The notes: generated by a model from the sequence alone, not told the origin. Shown: positions 10,303 through 21,515, counted from the first letter of the whole stretch. The stretch: DNA of 62,708 bases, filler included, from 4 parts of 4 records of this genome joined end to end with filler, not necessarily neighbours in it, one strand, 5' to 3'. Made by a program: numbers and translations.

Positions 10303-10983
10303 TTACTGCTGTTCCGGAATTTCGCCGTTTGCGGTCATGACTTCAAGAAGGATCTGTGCGCGATTGAGCACATTTCGCGGCGATTCGGTGTCGTTGGCAA
10401 TGGCTTCGAACCAGTCTGCGGCCTGCTGATAGTTCTGCGCACGATAGGCCGAAAGGCCAAGGATTTCGCGGGCCGAAAAGCGGAATGGATTACCGTCATT
10501 GGAAAGTTCTTCCACTTCTGCCGATACCTGATCATATGTTCCTGTATCAACCAGCAGCCAGCCTGCCCTCAGCTTTGCAGCATCACGAACGGCTTTCGGA
10601 ATGCTGCGATCCTTGCCGATGCGCGAAAAGGCAGAAATTGCAGCAGCTGTATCGCCGTCCTCAGCCAGAAGCGTGGCTGCACGCAGCTGCGCCAGAACCG
10701 GGTAAGCACCATGCCCTTCGGCTTCGAGCTGATCGAGGGTTTCCTTTGCGGCATCCAGATTGCCGTTTTCGATAGCCGTCAGGGCCGAAAGGAAAACATC
10801 GCCGGATTGCGCAGCCTGCCGCGACTGCCAGTATTCCCAACCGCGCCAGCCTGCCGTGCCCAGCACAAGAAGGATAGCGAGTGCGATAAGGATGCGCCCA
10901 TAGCGCCGCCATGCGTCACGCATACGGTCGGAACGCAGTTCCTCGTTGACTTCGCGAATAAAGCTGTCGTCCTGATTAGCCAT
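10303..10983 (-). CDS. YfgM-like TPR membrane protein
   Basis: [12 protein letters not shown], single TM helix, helical repeats; directly upstream of der. Confidence 0.85.
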   Translation of the reverse strand: MANQDDSFIREVNEELRSDRMRDAWRRYGRILIALAILLVLGTAGWRGWEYWQSRQAAQSGDVFLSALTAIENGNLDAAKETLDQLEAEGHGAYPVLAQLRAATLLAEDGDTAAAISAFSRIGKDRSIPKAVRDAAKLRAGWLLVDTGTYDQVSAEVEELSNDGNPFRFSAREILGLSAYRAQNYQQAADWFEAIANDTESPRNVLNRAQILLEVMTANGEIPEQQ

Positions 10984-11098
10984 TCGATACTCCGGCCCGC
11001 TCTTTCAAGTTCCAGTGCCGGGCCTTCTAAACGTTTTTTTCCCGCGTGGTAAGGGCAAAAGCGGTCCTTTACCCTTCAATTCAAAACGAAAGCTGCCG

Positions 11099-11686
11099 TT
11101 ACATGGCAAACGAGATCGGAACGCCGATCAGCCAGACGTGCAATTTCCAGACAAACAGGCCCCAGAGGATAACGCCAAGCAACACCGAGAAGAGGTCGTA
11201 ACGGGCAGACACAAACGGCTTGCGGCTATAGCTTCCGGAGCGTTCGCGCCGGGCCAGCGAGATGCGCAGAATAACCGCCCAGATCAGAATGCCGGTAAAC
11301 AGGATAACCGATGACGTTTCGCCATTGGCCAGAAGATGCGCAAATGCCCAGATTTTTACAGAGAGCACCATCGGATGTTTTGCAATGCCAGCTATTTTCC
11401 CCGGTGGGAAAAAGCTGGCGGACAGACAGATCATCGCGATCAGCATCAACAGGCTGGTCAGATGCGCCATCCACAATGGAGACACATAAAGAACACCCGT
11501 AACCTGCCGCGCCTGACCGAAGGACCATATCAGGAAAATCAACGCTGCGGTGGCGGCCAGAGAAAAAACGACCCGCCAGCCATTTTCGCCAAGCCGCTCA
11601 ATCATCGACTGGCGAAAATCGGGAGCAAAAGCATGGATGAGGTGTAGCAGCGTGAAGATCAACACCGCGATAACGAGCATAGTCAT
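11099..11686 (-). CDS. NnrU family membrane protein
   Basis: KHPMVLSVKIWAFAHLLANG motif, multiple TM helices. Confidence 0.85.
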   Translation of the reverse strand: MTMLVIAVLIFTLLHLIHAFAPDFRQSMIERLGENGWRVVFSLAATAALIFLIWSFGQARQVTGVLYVSPLWMAHLTSLLMLIAMICLSASFFPPGKIAGIAKHPMVLSVKIWAFAHLLANGETSSVILFTGILIWAVILRISLARRERSGSYSRKPFVSARYDLFSVLLGVILWGLFVWKLHVWLIGVPISFAM

Positions 11687-11792
11687 GGAAACGCCCTCTC
11701 ATTGAAACCGGAAAGTCGCGCTCACACTATCGCAGACGGCAGAAAACAGAAATGACGTTCTTCATCAAACCGCACGTCTGCCGAAAACACCT

Positions 11793-13052
11793 TCAGCTTT
11801 CCACATCGCCCCCCGGCTCCATGTACTGCTCCTGATCGATCTCCGGCAAACCATCACCGAAGATCGCCGCCTCGAAAGCATGGAGACGTTTGTATATCGA
11901 AAGCAATTCCACAATTGTCGTCCATGAATTAACCAGATACTGGAATGAACTGGATACCTGACCGAATGCAGTCAGTATTTGCTGGAATATACCATATGTA
12001 ATTGTTGCTGTGACGATGGTTGGAACCAGAATGAAGGTTGCGAACAGGTTATCGGCATTAATGTAAAATGACCGCGCCAGATTAAAATACATGTAGTGAA
12101 AATAAAGCTTGAAGTAGTTCTTGCGCACATTGCCGAATAGTTCACCAAGGGTCAGCGGGTCGGCTCGGTCGGCGTGATCTTCACCATAGACCAGTTCCTT
12201 ACGGTAGGCTGCTTCAACGCGCTGATTGCGGAATTCAAGTCCCGGCAATTTAATACCGACAACGGCAAGAAATAGCGTCCCGAAGATTGACCAGAATATG
12301 GAGGCCGTCAAAAGCGGTGCGGGGATCTGGCCGACAATCGGAAGCTCCTGAACATAACCAGATAAGGAAACAAGAACCGGCATGAAGGCAATCAGGGTCA
12401 TGACCGCGTCAATCATGGAAACACCGAGGCCTTCCATAATGGACGCAAATCGCATCGTATCTTCCTGAATACGCTGGGAAGCCCCCTCAATGTGACGCAC
12501 TTTCGACCACATACCGGTGTAATAATCATTCATGGCAGTGCGCCACCGAAACACATAGTGGCTGACAAAAAAGCGCTGCAGCACAAAAACGGCAATCGCC
12601 ATGAAGGCAATCTGTGCGAAAACCAGCATCAGACTGTAGAAATCACCGGCGGTCACGCCAGCTTCTCCTTCAAGTGCGTTTTGCAGCAAATCACCGAAAG
12701 GCCGGCGCCAGTTATTAATGGCAACGGCGACCTGAACGGAATAGTAAGTGATGAAGATGATCAGTGCCGAACCCCAGACCGACCAGGGTTGCCATTTGTG
12801 ATTATCGCCGAAAAACCACCAGAAGGCGCCGAAACAAACGGTAAAGATACCGTAGACGATATAAAACCAGAGGAAGTCCGGGGTGATGAAATGCGCCAGA
12901 CCAATCGGTTGCTGATCAGGAGGGAGCCGTACGAAACCCAGACCTTCGCCAAGACTTCGGCCAATCGTGTACCAGAACAGGACGCCGACAAGCGCCCAAA
13001 CAACTGCCGAAGAGAAAAACAACTTGGGTTTGGGGAAAAACGACTGAAACAA
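11793..13052 (-). CDS. sbmA: Peptide transporter SbmA/BacA
   Basis: [50 protein letters not shown]. Confidence 0.95.
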   Translation of the reverse strand: MFQSFFPKPKLFFSSAVVWALVGVLFWYTIGRSLGEGLGFVRLPPDQQPIGLAHFITPDFLWFYIVYGIFTVCFGAFWWFFGDNHKWQPWSVWGSALIIFITYYSVQVAVAINNWRRPFGDLLQNALEGEAGVTAGDFYSLMLVFAQIAFMAIAVFVLQRFFVSHYVFRWRTAMNDYYTGMWSKVRHIEGASQRIQEDTMRFASIMEGLGVSMIDAVMTLIAFMPVLVSLSGYVQELPIVGQIPAPLLTASIFWSIFGTLFLAVVGIKLPGLEFRNQRVEAAYRKELVYGEDHADRADPLTLGELFGNVRKNYFKLYFHYMYFNLARSFYINADNLFATFILVPTIVTATITYGIFQQILTAFGQVSSSFQYLVNSWTTIVELLSIYKRLHAFEAAIFGDGLPEIDQEQYMEPGGDVES

Positions 13053-13248
13053 GATGTGCCCTTCTGGATTTTTGAATCGATAACACTCACACTCGCCAAA
13101 GTAGCGCTTGTATCAGGAAATCTATGGCAAATTTGTCAGCAAAGAGAAAACAAACATTAAAGTTTGGACATATTTATGCCGGCTTCTGATCACCGGCACG
13201 TTTCTATTAGTTTCCAGTGTATTTCAGCATGGAAACTGAGCGCTGCTG

Positions 13249-14007
13249 CTATTCCCGATCACCAAGTGTCAGGATCAGCGGTCCATTGCGGGTGGCAATC
13301 AACGTGTGCTCGTACTGAACAGTCAAGGCACGCGGAACACTGTAAAGCACCCAGTCCTGGTCTTCCGCCTCATCGGCCCATTCGCCGCCCAGCGATAAAA
13401 ACGGCTCGATGGTGAAGACCTGACCTTCGGCAATTTTCCGGCGCTCGCTCTTGTCCGGCCAGGTGGAAAGCTCTGAAGGCTCATCATGCAGAGACCGGCC
13501 AACGCCGTGACTGGCGAGGTTCTGAATCAGCGAATAGCGGTTCTTCTTCGCAAACGCGCCGATTGCCTTGCCAATCTCGCCAAACGATGCGCCGGGCTGC
13601 ACCTGATTGATGCCTGTCCACATGGCGCGCTTGCCGTCCCGGCAAAGCCGTTTCACCTTCGATGAAACCGGCGGCACGGCGAAAGACGCCCCTGTATCGG
13701 AGAAGAAACCGTTCTTTTCCGCCGAAACGTCGATATTGACGAGATCGCCTGCCGCAATCACCCGTTCGCCGGGGATGCCGTGCGCGACCTCCTCATTGAC
13801 CGAAATGCAGGTGGCGCCGGGAAACTGGTAGGTTACCTCCGGCGCCGACTGCGCACCGTGATCATTCAGGAATTTTCGCCCGATATGATCCAGTTCGAGG
13901 GTCGTGATACCGGGCTCAAGCGCATCCGCCATCGTCTGAACCGCCTGCGCACAAATACGGCCAATTTCTTTCAGGGCTTCAAGCTCGGCTTCGGTCTCGA
14001 CAATCAT
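13249..14007 (-). CDS. map: Type I methionine aminopeptidase
   Basis: CISVNEEVAHGIP, DVSA...SDTG, HGVGRSLH, TIEP, QYEHT. Confidence 0.93.
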   Translation of the reverse strand: MIVETEAELEALKEIGRICAQAVQTMADALEPGITTLELDHIGRKFLNDHGAQSAPEVTYQFPGATCISVNEEVAHGIPGERVIAAGDLVNIDVSAEKNGFFSDTGASFAVPPVSSKVKRLCRDGKRAMWTGINQVQPGASFGEIGKAIGAFAKKNRYSLIQNLASHGVGRSLHDEPSELSTWPDKSERRKIAEGQVFTIEPFLSLGGEWADEAEDQDWVLYSVPRALTVQYEHTLIATRNGPLILTLGDRE

Positions 14008-14022
14008 TCTTCATTCTTTCTT

Positions 14023-15069
14023 TCATGCAGAGGCATCATCGGCCACCATTTCGCGCACCATCGGCGCGACTTTTGTGCCGAACAATTCAATGGCGTGCAA
14101 CAGTTCGTCATGCGGCACCAGCCCGACTGACATCTGAATGATAAAGCGGTCAAGACCGAAAATCTTCGCATGTGTTGCAATCTTGGTTGCAAGATCTTCC
14201 GGCCCGCCGACAAAAAGCGCGCCTTCCGGCCCCATGGAAGCGTTGAACTGCGCCCGGCTTTGCGGTGGCCAGCCACGCTCACGCCCAATCCGGTCCATCA
14301 CCGCTTTTTGCGGCTCAAAGAAGATATCGGCAGCCTTTTCACTCGTATCAGCGACGAAGCCGTGAACACTGATACCACGCTTCAGTTTGCCTGGATCAGG
14401 GCCTGCCTGCTTTCCGGCCTGGGCGTAAATATCAAACAACGGCGCAAACCGCCGCGGCTGACCACCCAGAATGGCGATAATCAGCGGCAATCCCAGAAAA
14501 CCGGCCCGCGCCATGGATTGCGGGGTACCACCAGCGGCAATCGAGACCGGCAGCGGGTTTTGCAGTGGTCGCGGATAAACGCCAAGATTGTCAATCGGCG
14601 CACGGGTGCGACCGGACCAGGTGACGCTCTCACTTTCCCGCAGCTTCAGCAGCAGATCCAGCTTTTCGGAAAACAGCGCGTCATAGTCTTCCAGCGGATA
14701 GCCGAACAGCGGAAAGGATTCGATGAACGAGCCACGCCCGGCGATTATTTCCGCACGACCGCCGGAGATGAGATCAACCGAGGCAAATTGCTGAAATACC
14801 CTGACCGGATCATCGGAACTTAAAATCGAAACGGCGCTGGTGAGCCGGATATTCTTCGTGATCGCAGCGGCAGCGGCCAGTATCGTAGAAGGAGACGAGG
14901 CCATGTAGTCCACGCGGTGATGCTCCCCAAGCCCAAAAATGTCGAGGCCGACATCATCGGCGAGCTTCACCTCTTCCATCAGATTTTGCATCCGGCGATG
15001 CGCTTCTTCACCGCGATCAATATCGGCGGATGGGTCAACGTCGGCAAAAGTGAAAATTCCCAGTTCCAT
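14023..15069 (-). CDS. LLM-class flavin-dependent oxidoreductase
   Basis: GLGEHHR, SSDDPVRVFQQF, GRGSFIESFPLFG. Confidence 0.9.
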   Translation of the reverse strand: MELGIFTFADVDPSADIDRGEEAHRRMQNLMEEVKLADDVGLDIFGLGEHHRVDYMASSPSTILAAAAAITKNIRLTSAVSILSSDDPVRVFQQFASVDLISGGRAEIIAGRGSFIESFPLFGYPLEDYDALFSEKLDLLLKLRESESVTWSGRTRAPIDNLGVYPRPLQNPLPVSIAAGGTPQSMARAGFLGLPLIIAILGGQPRRFAPLFDIYAQAGKQAGPDPGKLKRGISVHGFVADTSEKAADIFFEPQKAVMDRIGRERGWPPQSRAQFNASMGPEGALFVGGPEDLATKIATHAKIFGLDRFIIQMSVGLVPHDELLHAIELFGTKVAPMVREMVADDASA

Positions 15070-15180
15070 GGCTCTCTCCTTGATTTCGATACGAAGCCCT
15101 CAAGCGCGCCGACCGAAAGTGTTTTTCTTCTATATGGGCTATAGGATCAGAGCTTTCACGCAGGAGACAGGCACAGAGCG

Positions 15181-15197
15181 GTGAACGCAGCGTTCAC
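15181..15197. promoter_or_regulatory. Perfect 8-1-8 palindrome, candidate operator
   Basis: GTGAACGC-A-GCGTTCAC between the divergent LLM and bdhA genes. Confidence 0.45.
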
Positions 15198-15375
15198 AGT
15201 TTTACGGTGGGTCAGGAGATGGCCGTCCCCTTTTTGTGCCCATCTTGCACACATTTTTCTTCTTCTTCCGGTGGCCTTGATAGCCTATCCGGCGATTGCA
15301 AGCGCCGTTGATTGGGCATAACCTTTTCCGGCAAAACAGCAAATGCGCCCATCAATCCGCCGGGAGGTTTTCAGC

Positions 15376-16152
15376 ATGGCACGCAGCGTCGTTATTACAG
15401 GCTCCACCAGCGGCATCGGCCTGGGTATTGCCGAAGGCTTTGCCAAGGCAGGCGATAATGTCGTGCTGAACGGTTTCGGCAACGAGGAATCCATCAACAA
15501 GGCCGTCGCAAAAATCGGCAGCCTTGGCGACGGCTCGGTGATTTACCATCCTGCCGACATGACCAAACCGGACGAAATCGCCGACCTGATCGCCTGCGCT
15601 GAGCGAACATTCGGCAGCCTCGATGTTCTGGTCAACAATGCGGGCGTTCAGTTTGTCAGCCCGATTGAGGATTTCCCAACGGAAAAATGGAACCAGATCA
15701 TTGCCATCAATCTGACCAGCTCCTATCACACAATCCATCATGCTGTGCCGATCATGAAGAAAGCGGGAAAGGGCCGGATCATCAATGTGGTTTCGGCCCA
15801 TGGCCTTGTCGCCTCACCGTTCAAATCGGCCTATGTTGCAGCCAAGCATGGCATGATGGGGCTGACAAAAACCGTGGCGCTGGAACTGGCACAGCAAGGT
15901 ATTACGGTAAACGCAATCTGTCCCGGCTACGTGCTGACCCCGCTGGTGGAGAAGCAAATTCCCGATACTGCAAAGGCCCGCGGCCTGAGCGAAGAAGAGG
16001 TCAAGCGCGACGTCCTTCTGGCGGCGCAGCCAACCAAGGAATTTGTAACCACCGAAGATATTGCATCTGCCGCACTTTACCTCGCCAGCGACGCTGCAAG
16101 GCAGATAACAGGCACACATATTTCTATCGATGGCGGCTGGACCGCCCAATAA
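15376..16152 (+). CDS. bdhA: 3-hydroxybutyrate dehydrogenase
   Basis: TGSTSGIG, NNAGVQ, SAHGLVASPFKSAYVAAKHG, DGGWTAQ; GGAGG RBS upstream of ATG 15376. Confidence 0.95.
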   Translation: MARSVVITGSTSGIGLGIAEGFAKAGDNVVLNGFGNEESINKAVAKIGSLGDGSVIYHPADMTKPDEIADLIACAERTFGSLDVLVNNAGVQFVSPIEDFPTEKWNQIIAINLTSSYHTIHHAVPIMKKAGKGRIINVVSAHGLVASPFKSAYVAAKHGMMGLTKTVALELAQQGITVNAICPGYVLTPLVEKQIPDTAKARGLSEEEVKRDVLLAAQPTKEFVTTEDIASAALYLASDAARQITGTHISIDGGWTAQ

Positions 16153-16170
16153 CCTGACAAGGGAACTTGC

Positions 16171-17211
16171 ATGACGATCCGTTTCATACTGAACGCACAG
16201 GAGGTCGCACTCGACAGGCTTTCTCCAACGGCAACGCTGCTGGATTATCTTCGGCTGGAGAAACGACTGACCGGCTCGAAGGAAGGCTGTGCGGAAGGCG
16301 ATTGCGGGGCCTGCACGGTTTTGGTCGGCCGTCTGGTGCGTGGACGACTCGTTTATGAAACAGTCAATGCCTGTATCCGCTTCGTCGCTTCGCTTCATGC
16401 CACACATGTTGTGACTATCGAGCATCTGGCGGGCATGGACGGTGCGCTTCACCCGGTCCAACAGGCCATGGTGGATCTCAACGGATCACAATGCGGTTTC
16501 TGCACACCCGGCATCGTCATGTCGCTTTATGCGCTGTGGATGGAAAATCCGTCTCCCTCGCGCCCGGCGATTGAGCAGGCTCTTCAGGGTAATCTCTGTC
16601 GCTGCACAGGCTATGAACCGATTATCAAAGCCGCCGAGAAAGCATCTGCAATGCGCCCGGATGCCGCCTTCGACGCGATAGCCCGCGAACGTGACAGCGT
16701 GATGGAAATGCTTGCTGCCTATAAAACCAGCGAGACGGTTACAGTTGGCAATGACAGCGCGCGTGCCATTATTCCAGGCTCAATTGATGCATTGACCGGG
16801 ATTTTAAAGGAATTCCGCGACGCAACCATCGTTGCCGGTTCCACCGATGTCGGGCTTTGGGTCACCAAGCAGATGCGCAAGCCAAATCCGGTGGTCTTCA
16901 TCAATCATCTGGAAGAGTTGCAGACGATCACCGAGACAGAAGACAGCTTTATCATCGGCGCCGGTGTCACCTACTCCGAAGCGCTTCCGGCGATGGCCGC
17001 GAAAATCCCCTCGCTTGGTAAGCTGATCACACGCATCGGCGGCGAACAGGTCCGCAATATGGGAACCATCGGCGGCAATATTGCCAACGGCTCGCCGATC
17101 GGCGACACGCCACCCGCGCTGATTGCTCTGAGTGCTCAGTTGACACTGACCTCGGCAGACGGAACGCGCACGATCGCGCTTGAGGATTTCTTCATCGATT
17201 ACGGCAAGCAG
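16171..17211 (+). CDS. xdhA: Xanthine dehydrogenase small subunit (3' truncated at contig end)
   Basis: KEGCAEGDCGAC, SQCGFCTPG and NLCRCTGY Fe-S motifs; FAD domain GTIGGNIANGSPIGD. Confidence 0.95.
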
Positions 17212-17311
17212 NNNNNNNNNNNNNNNNNNNNNNNNNNNNNNNNNNNNNNNNNNNNTTAATTAATTAANNNNNNNNNNNNNNNNNNNNNNNNNNNNNNNNN
17301 NNNNNNNNNNN
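17212..17311. other. Artificial contig spacer
   Basis: 44 N + TTAATTAATTAA (stops in all six frames) + 44 N. Confidence 0.99.
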
Positions 17312-18123
17312 TCCCACAACCGCGCCGACCAACCTCCCGTCGTCTTGTCGTGCGTTGTCCAGGAGCGCTCGCGCTCGCGGCTGATCCGATGGCGAGCGCG
17401 CACGAGATGGAGCTGCTCTCCGCGCTGCACGAGCGCGGTTTTCAAGTCCCTGAGCCCATCTTGCTCGGCCAGGATGAGCTCCTCGGGTCCTGTGTGATCA
17501 GCGCGTTTGTTCCTGGCCAGCCGGCGACTTTTCTGGAGCAGCCGATGCTTCCAGATCAGTTGGCGTCGCTGCTCGCGAGGTTGCATGCGTCGGACCTCCC
17601 TCGGTTTCCATGGTCGAGGGATGCACACGAGGTGATGCGCGAGAGCGTCATGCGCGAGGGCAGCGTTTACGATGCTTCTGTCGATCACGAGCTCTTGCGC
17701 GAGCACTTCGTGCGACGGTGGGATACTGTTCGTCAGCAAGATAAATCGCGGTCTGGAGGCATCGTATTGCACGGCGACCCGTGGCCCGGAAACCTGTTGG
17801 TAGAAGATGGCGAGGTTCGCGCGCTGATCGATTGGGAGGATGCCTGTCTAGGCGATCCCATGATGGATGTGGCCATCGCCAGGTTGGAGCTGCATCTGCT
17901 CTTTGGCGAGGAGTACGCCGCGCGGTTTGTCGACGCCTACCGCCGCGCATCCAAAGCAAATACAGATACGCTGGCGGACTGGGCGTTGGCCGTGGCCGCT
18001 CGCCCGACCGGGTCGTTCGACGCCTGGGAAGAAGGATTCGCGCAGATGGGCAGGGCTGATTTGACCGCGCGCGTCTTGCGCGCGCGGCACGCCGAGTTTG
18101 TCAGGATGCTACAGCTTGGCTAG
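17312..18123 (+). CDS. Aminoglycoside phosphotransferase/choline kinase-like protein (probably 5' truncated)
   Basis: LHGDPWPGNLL and LIDWEDA motifs; frame open to the contig edge. Confidence 0.85.
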
Positions 18124-18196
18124 GATGGCCGCGTCGAATACTTCACGCGTTTCACCGCGAAATAACACACCCTTGGCCAACTCCCAGGCAACCACC

Positions 18197-19018
18197 ATGA
18201 CTCCAGGAAATGTCTTTATCACCGGGGGCGCCTCTGGCCTCGGTCAGGCGCTCGCCAAGCAATACGGTCGCGCCGGATGGCGCGTGTGCATCGGCGACTT
18301 GAGCGTCGAGCGTTGTGACGAGACGATGCGTGCCCTCGAAGCGCTCGGCGCGACCGCTCATGCGATCGCCTGTGATGTCACGCGCGAGCCAGATCTGGAG
18401 AGCGCCGCGCGCTGGATGGACGAGCACTGGGGCGGCGCAGACATGATCATCAACAACGCTGGCGTCGCGCAGGTCGGTCCGCTCAAGGATGTCACGCTCA
18501 AGGACTGGCGCTGGATCATCGAGATCAACATGCTCGGCGTCGTGCGAGGGTGTAAGGTCTTTATCCCACGCTTCGAAGAGCAGGGACATGGCGCCATCCT
18601 CAACATCGCGTCGATGGCCGGGCTCACGCACATGCCCAGATCCGCATCCTACAACGCCACCAAGTCCGCCGTGATCGCCATCTCCGAGACGCTCGAGCTC
18701 GAGCTCGATCCGAGCATCCAGGTCTCTGTCGCCTGTCCCGCGTTCTTTCGCACCAACCTCACGGAGTCGCTGCGCGCGACCGATTCGCGCGGCGAGAAGA
18801 TGGTCAACAAGCTGGTGGGTCACGCGCGCGTGGGCGCAGACGAGATCGCCGAGAAGATCTTCCAGGGGGTCGAGCGTGGTGATTTTCACATCCTCACGCA
18901 CCCGGACTCCGAGAAGGTCTGGTGGCTCAAGCGCTTGCTACCTCACAAGCTCTACCTCAAGGCGCTCTCGACCTTACAGGAGCGCGCCGCGAAGCGGCGC
19001 GCCGGGCGTAATTCCTGA
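18197..19018 (+). CDS. SDR family oxidoreductase
   Basis: TGGASGLG, NNAG, YNATK. Confidence 0.92.
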   Translation: MTPGNVFITGGASGLGQALAKQYGRAGWRVCIGDLSVERCDETMRALEALGATAHAIACDVTREPDLESAARWMDEHWGGADMIINNAGVAQVGPLKDVTLKDWRWIIEINMLGVVRGCKVFIPRFEEQGHGAILNIASMAGLTHMPRSASYNATKSAVIAISETLELELDPSIQVSVACPAFFRTNLTESLRATDSRGEKMVNKLVGHARVGADEIAEKIFQGVERGDFHILTHPDSEKVWWLKRLLPHKLYLKALSTLQERAAKRRAGRNS

Positions 19019-19024
19019 GCATTC

Positions 19025-20419
19025 TTACTCGCGCTCTTTCAATGGCAAGATCCAGGCGCGGTGCGCGAACGTATCGAGCGGCTCGCTCGCCAGGTCGACC
19101 TCGGGGTCGATCATGCGCTGCGCGGGCCTGCCATCGAGCGAGACGAAGCTCTCGGCGTAGACCTCGGGCGTGTAGCCGTGATTTTCGCGATGTCGCCTCG
19201 CGAGCTCGTGCGCGAACTCGAGGATCATGTCAGGCTGCGTCACCAACATCTTGTGTTGAAGCGGCGTCAGGTGATGCCTCGGGTAGATCCTCCATCGCCT
19301 TCCATCCACCGGGCTCACGAGCGTGTACTCCAGCCTCCCGGTCTTCTCGATAAGCATCACGCGCCAGGAGAACCTGAACCCCTCTTCGGTCCAGTTCACC
19401 CACCCCGGGTATGCCAGAAATCGCAGCGGTATAAGCGCCTGCGCGCCGAGCCAGCATACAAGAAACAGGTTGCCGAGTTTGTGGCGAAACCTGTCATAAG
19501 ACGCCTCGACGCCGCTGGCGTGGGGCATATCGACGTGCTTGCCGGTTAGCTTTGCTGGCCAGTCGGGCGCGAAGAAGAGCGTCAGGCTCGCGAGCATCAC
19601 GAACGAGAACATCCCGATGGGAAAGAGCGCCCAGACCGTCAGGTGAAAGAACAGCGCTACCGCGAAGGCCCACGGTCTCGTCCTTGGATAAAGCAAGAAG
19701 AGCCACACCGTCCCATCAAAGAGCATCCCTCCCCAACTCATCGCGATGGCGACCTCGGGGAGCACCAGCCACGAGCCAATCACCGGAATCCCCTGGTGAG
19801 CCTGAAGCCATGTGTGCAACGGCTCGCCGCGCAATAACCAGTCGCCGTTGATCTTGGCAAAGCTCGCGAACCCATAGACGAGAATCATCTGCCCTCGAAA
19901 CAGCCAGTAATCGCGCCACCGCGTCCTGTTTTGGGTGTCATTGCTCGACCTCTCAGGCAAGAGCGCGAAGACCTGATCGGTGCGCACCACCATCAGCAGC
20001 ACCGCCAACAAACTCACCAGGTAATAGTGGTTGAGGTAGGCGGCCTTCTCGATGAGTTCCAGCCAGGTGAACGCCACGAAGAAGATGCCCGCAGACAACC
20101 TCGCCCTCACCCCGAGCGCGAGCGCGAGCGCGCTCGCGCCAATGACACCCAGGTGCAAGGTCACGCCGAGGTGACCCCCCAGCGGCTCGACCCATCGAAA
20201 GTTCGCGTAGGTGAAGTGATAGGTCGGCGCGACGAGGATCGTGTCGACCCAACCCATCATCACATAGCGCGCCGCCGCGACCGCCATGATGAGACCGAAC
20301 ATGACGCGAAAGGCAGCGAGGGCGTGGGGTGGCGCGGGCGCTTCGAGCGCCCGCACCGCCCCACGCCCTCGCTGCCAGGGTGACTTTATCGCTGGACGTT
20401 CAGTCTCCATCGCTGTCAT
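19025..20419 (-). CDS. HTTM-domain protein, vitamin K-dependent gamma-carboxylase homologue
   Basis: LAAFRVMFG, YLNHYYL, FAKINGDWL, FHL...LFPIGMF, FRFSWRVML, QPDMILEFAH and IDPEVDL match GGCX/HTTM family motifs. Confidence 0.88.
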   Translation of the reverse strand: MTAMETERPAIKSPWQRGRGAVRALEAPAPPHALAAFRVMFGLIMAVAAARYVMMGWVDTILVAPTYHFTYANFRWVEPLGGHLGVTLHLGVIGASALALALGVRARLSAGIFFVAFTWLELIEKAAYLNHYYLVSLLAVLLMVVRTDQVFALLPERSSNDTQNRTRWRDYWLFRGQMILVYGFASFAKINGDWLLRGEPLHTWLQAHQGIPVIGSWLVLPEVAIAMSWGGMLFDGTVWLFLLYPRTRPWAFAVALFFHLTVWALFPIGMFSFVMLASLTLFFAPDWPAKLTGKHVDMPHASGVEASYDRFRHKLGNLFLVCWLGAQALIPLRFLAYPGWVNWTEEGFRFSWRVMLIEKTGRLEYTLVSPVDGRRWRIYPRHHLTPLQHKMLVTQPDMILEFAHELARRHRENHGYTPEVYAESFVSLDGRPAQRMIDPEVDLASEPLDTFAHRAWILPLKERE

Positions 20420-21515
20420 TGAAGCTCGGTGTCAACGAGAGCAGCCCGACCACATCTGCTTGAATCAACGTCTGCAATTCTCCAAGCGCCTCGTGCGCAG
20501 AGCGCACGCGGTCGGGCTCTTCGAGCACGGCTTTGCTCAAGGGCGCTTCGATCGCATCGAGCGCGCCGCGTGCGGCCGCGAGTTTTCCGTCAAACGCTGC
20601 CACGAGGTCTGGTCTGCCTTGAAGGCGAGGGTGAGAGGCGAGCCCGCGAGCGCTCTCATCGCCGTGGAACAGCAGCTCGATCATCTCGAGGTTGGCCTCG
20701 ATATCCTCGATGCTATGGCCGCTCCAGTAGGACTCGACCTTGTGCGGTTGAGGCTCGCCGCCGGTTTCATCTCCGAGCGGTCTCCCGAGCTTATCACGGC
20801 GGATGTTCTCGAGCGTGAAGCCCATCCGGTTGACCACCTCGCTCATCGCCTCCTGGGTGTTCATATACATCCCATCCTCGACCGAAGCTGGCGCGACGAG
20901 CTCGTCGAGGAAGTTGCCGCCTTCTCGGCTCCATGCGTCCTCGAAGCCTTTCGCCAGGTTGGCAAGATCGCCGGATGCGGCCACGAGATAGGTGCACCTG
21001 CGCGGGTTCTCGGCAAATGCAGCGAGCGTGTCATCGCCTGCGGACCAGAGCAGGTACTCGATCACGGGCAACCCGCGTCGGCTCGCGCCGCTCGTGCCCA
21101 GTGATGCCGCGTCGAGGTCGTCTTCGGAGAGCAACGTCTCCTCGATCGTGGTCTCGCGCGCTGGCCAGAAGTCGATGTTCGGTCCGAAGCGTTCGGGGTA
21201 GGCGACATGCGGACCGAAGGCAAAGACCTCCATGCGCTTGTATGCGTATCGCGCCTTCTCCCACGCATCGCGTGTGGATAGAAGCAGCGCTTCATCCTCG
21301 GGGGAGTCGCAGAACGCGTTGCTCGCTGCGGCGAGCGCTTCGCTCTCGCTGGTGAAGCGCTCGTAGCCAGGCAGGATCGCTCCCTCTCCCTGGGACTTCA
21401 GGATGTCTTCGCGCGGGTCCTCTTCTGGAGTGTTCTCTCTCAGGCAGGACGCCAGCCCGATCAACAGGATCAGCCAGGGGAGCAGGGCGAGGCGTGTTCG
21501 TTTCGGTTCGGGCAT
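20400..21515 (-). CDS. Imelysin-family lipoprotein (second type, lacking the HxxE His)
   Basis: Lipobox LASC; IDFWP, GLPVIEYLL; C-terminal FNDSDGD. Confidence 0.85.
   Translation of the reverse strand: MPEPKRTRLALLPWLILLIGLASCLRENTPEEDPREDILKSQGEGAILPGYERFTSESEALAAASNAFCDSPEDEALLLSTRDAWEKARYAYKRMEVFAFGPHVAYPERFGPNIDFWPARETTIEETLLSEDDLDAASLGTSGASRRGLPVIEYLLWSAGDDTLAAFAENPRRCTYLVAASGDLANLAKGFEDAWSREGGNFLDELVAPASVEDGMYMNTQEAMSEVVNRMGFTLENIRRDKLGRPLGDETGGEPQPHKVESYWSGHSIEDIEANLEMIELLFHGDESARGLASHPRLQGRPDLVAAFDGKLAAARGALDAIEAPLSKAVLEEPDRVRSAHEALGELQTLIQADVVGLLSLTPSFNDSDGD

Noticed and set aside
17212-17311. TTAATTAATTAA within N runs (also 32773-32872 and 49518-49617) as a biological repeat or att site
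   Set aside because: Identical 100-nt synthetic spacer with stops in all six frames; genes are cut at each junction
16171-18123. Functional linkage of genes across spacers, such as xdhA with the phosphotransferase
   Set aside because: Different contigs and organisms; adjacency is artificial
17312-18123. Phosphotransferase as an antibiotic-resistance gene (likewise the MBL protein at 26206-27366)
   Set aside because: Only generic fold motifs; no mobile context; the MBL protein resembles the NAPE-PLD-like group rather than a beta-lactamase
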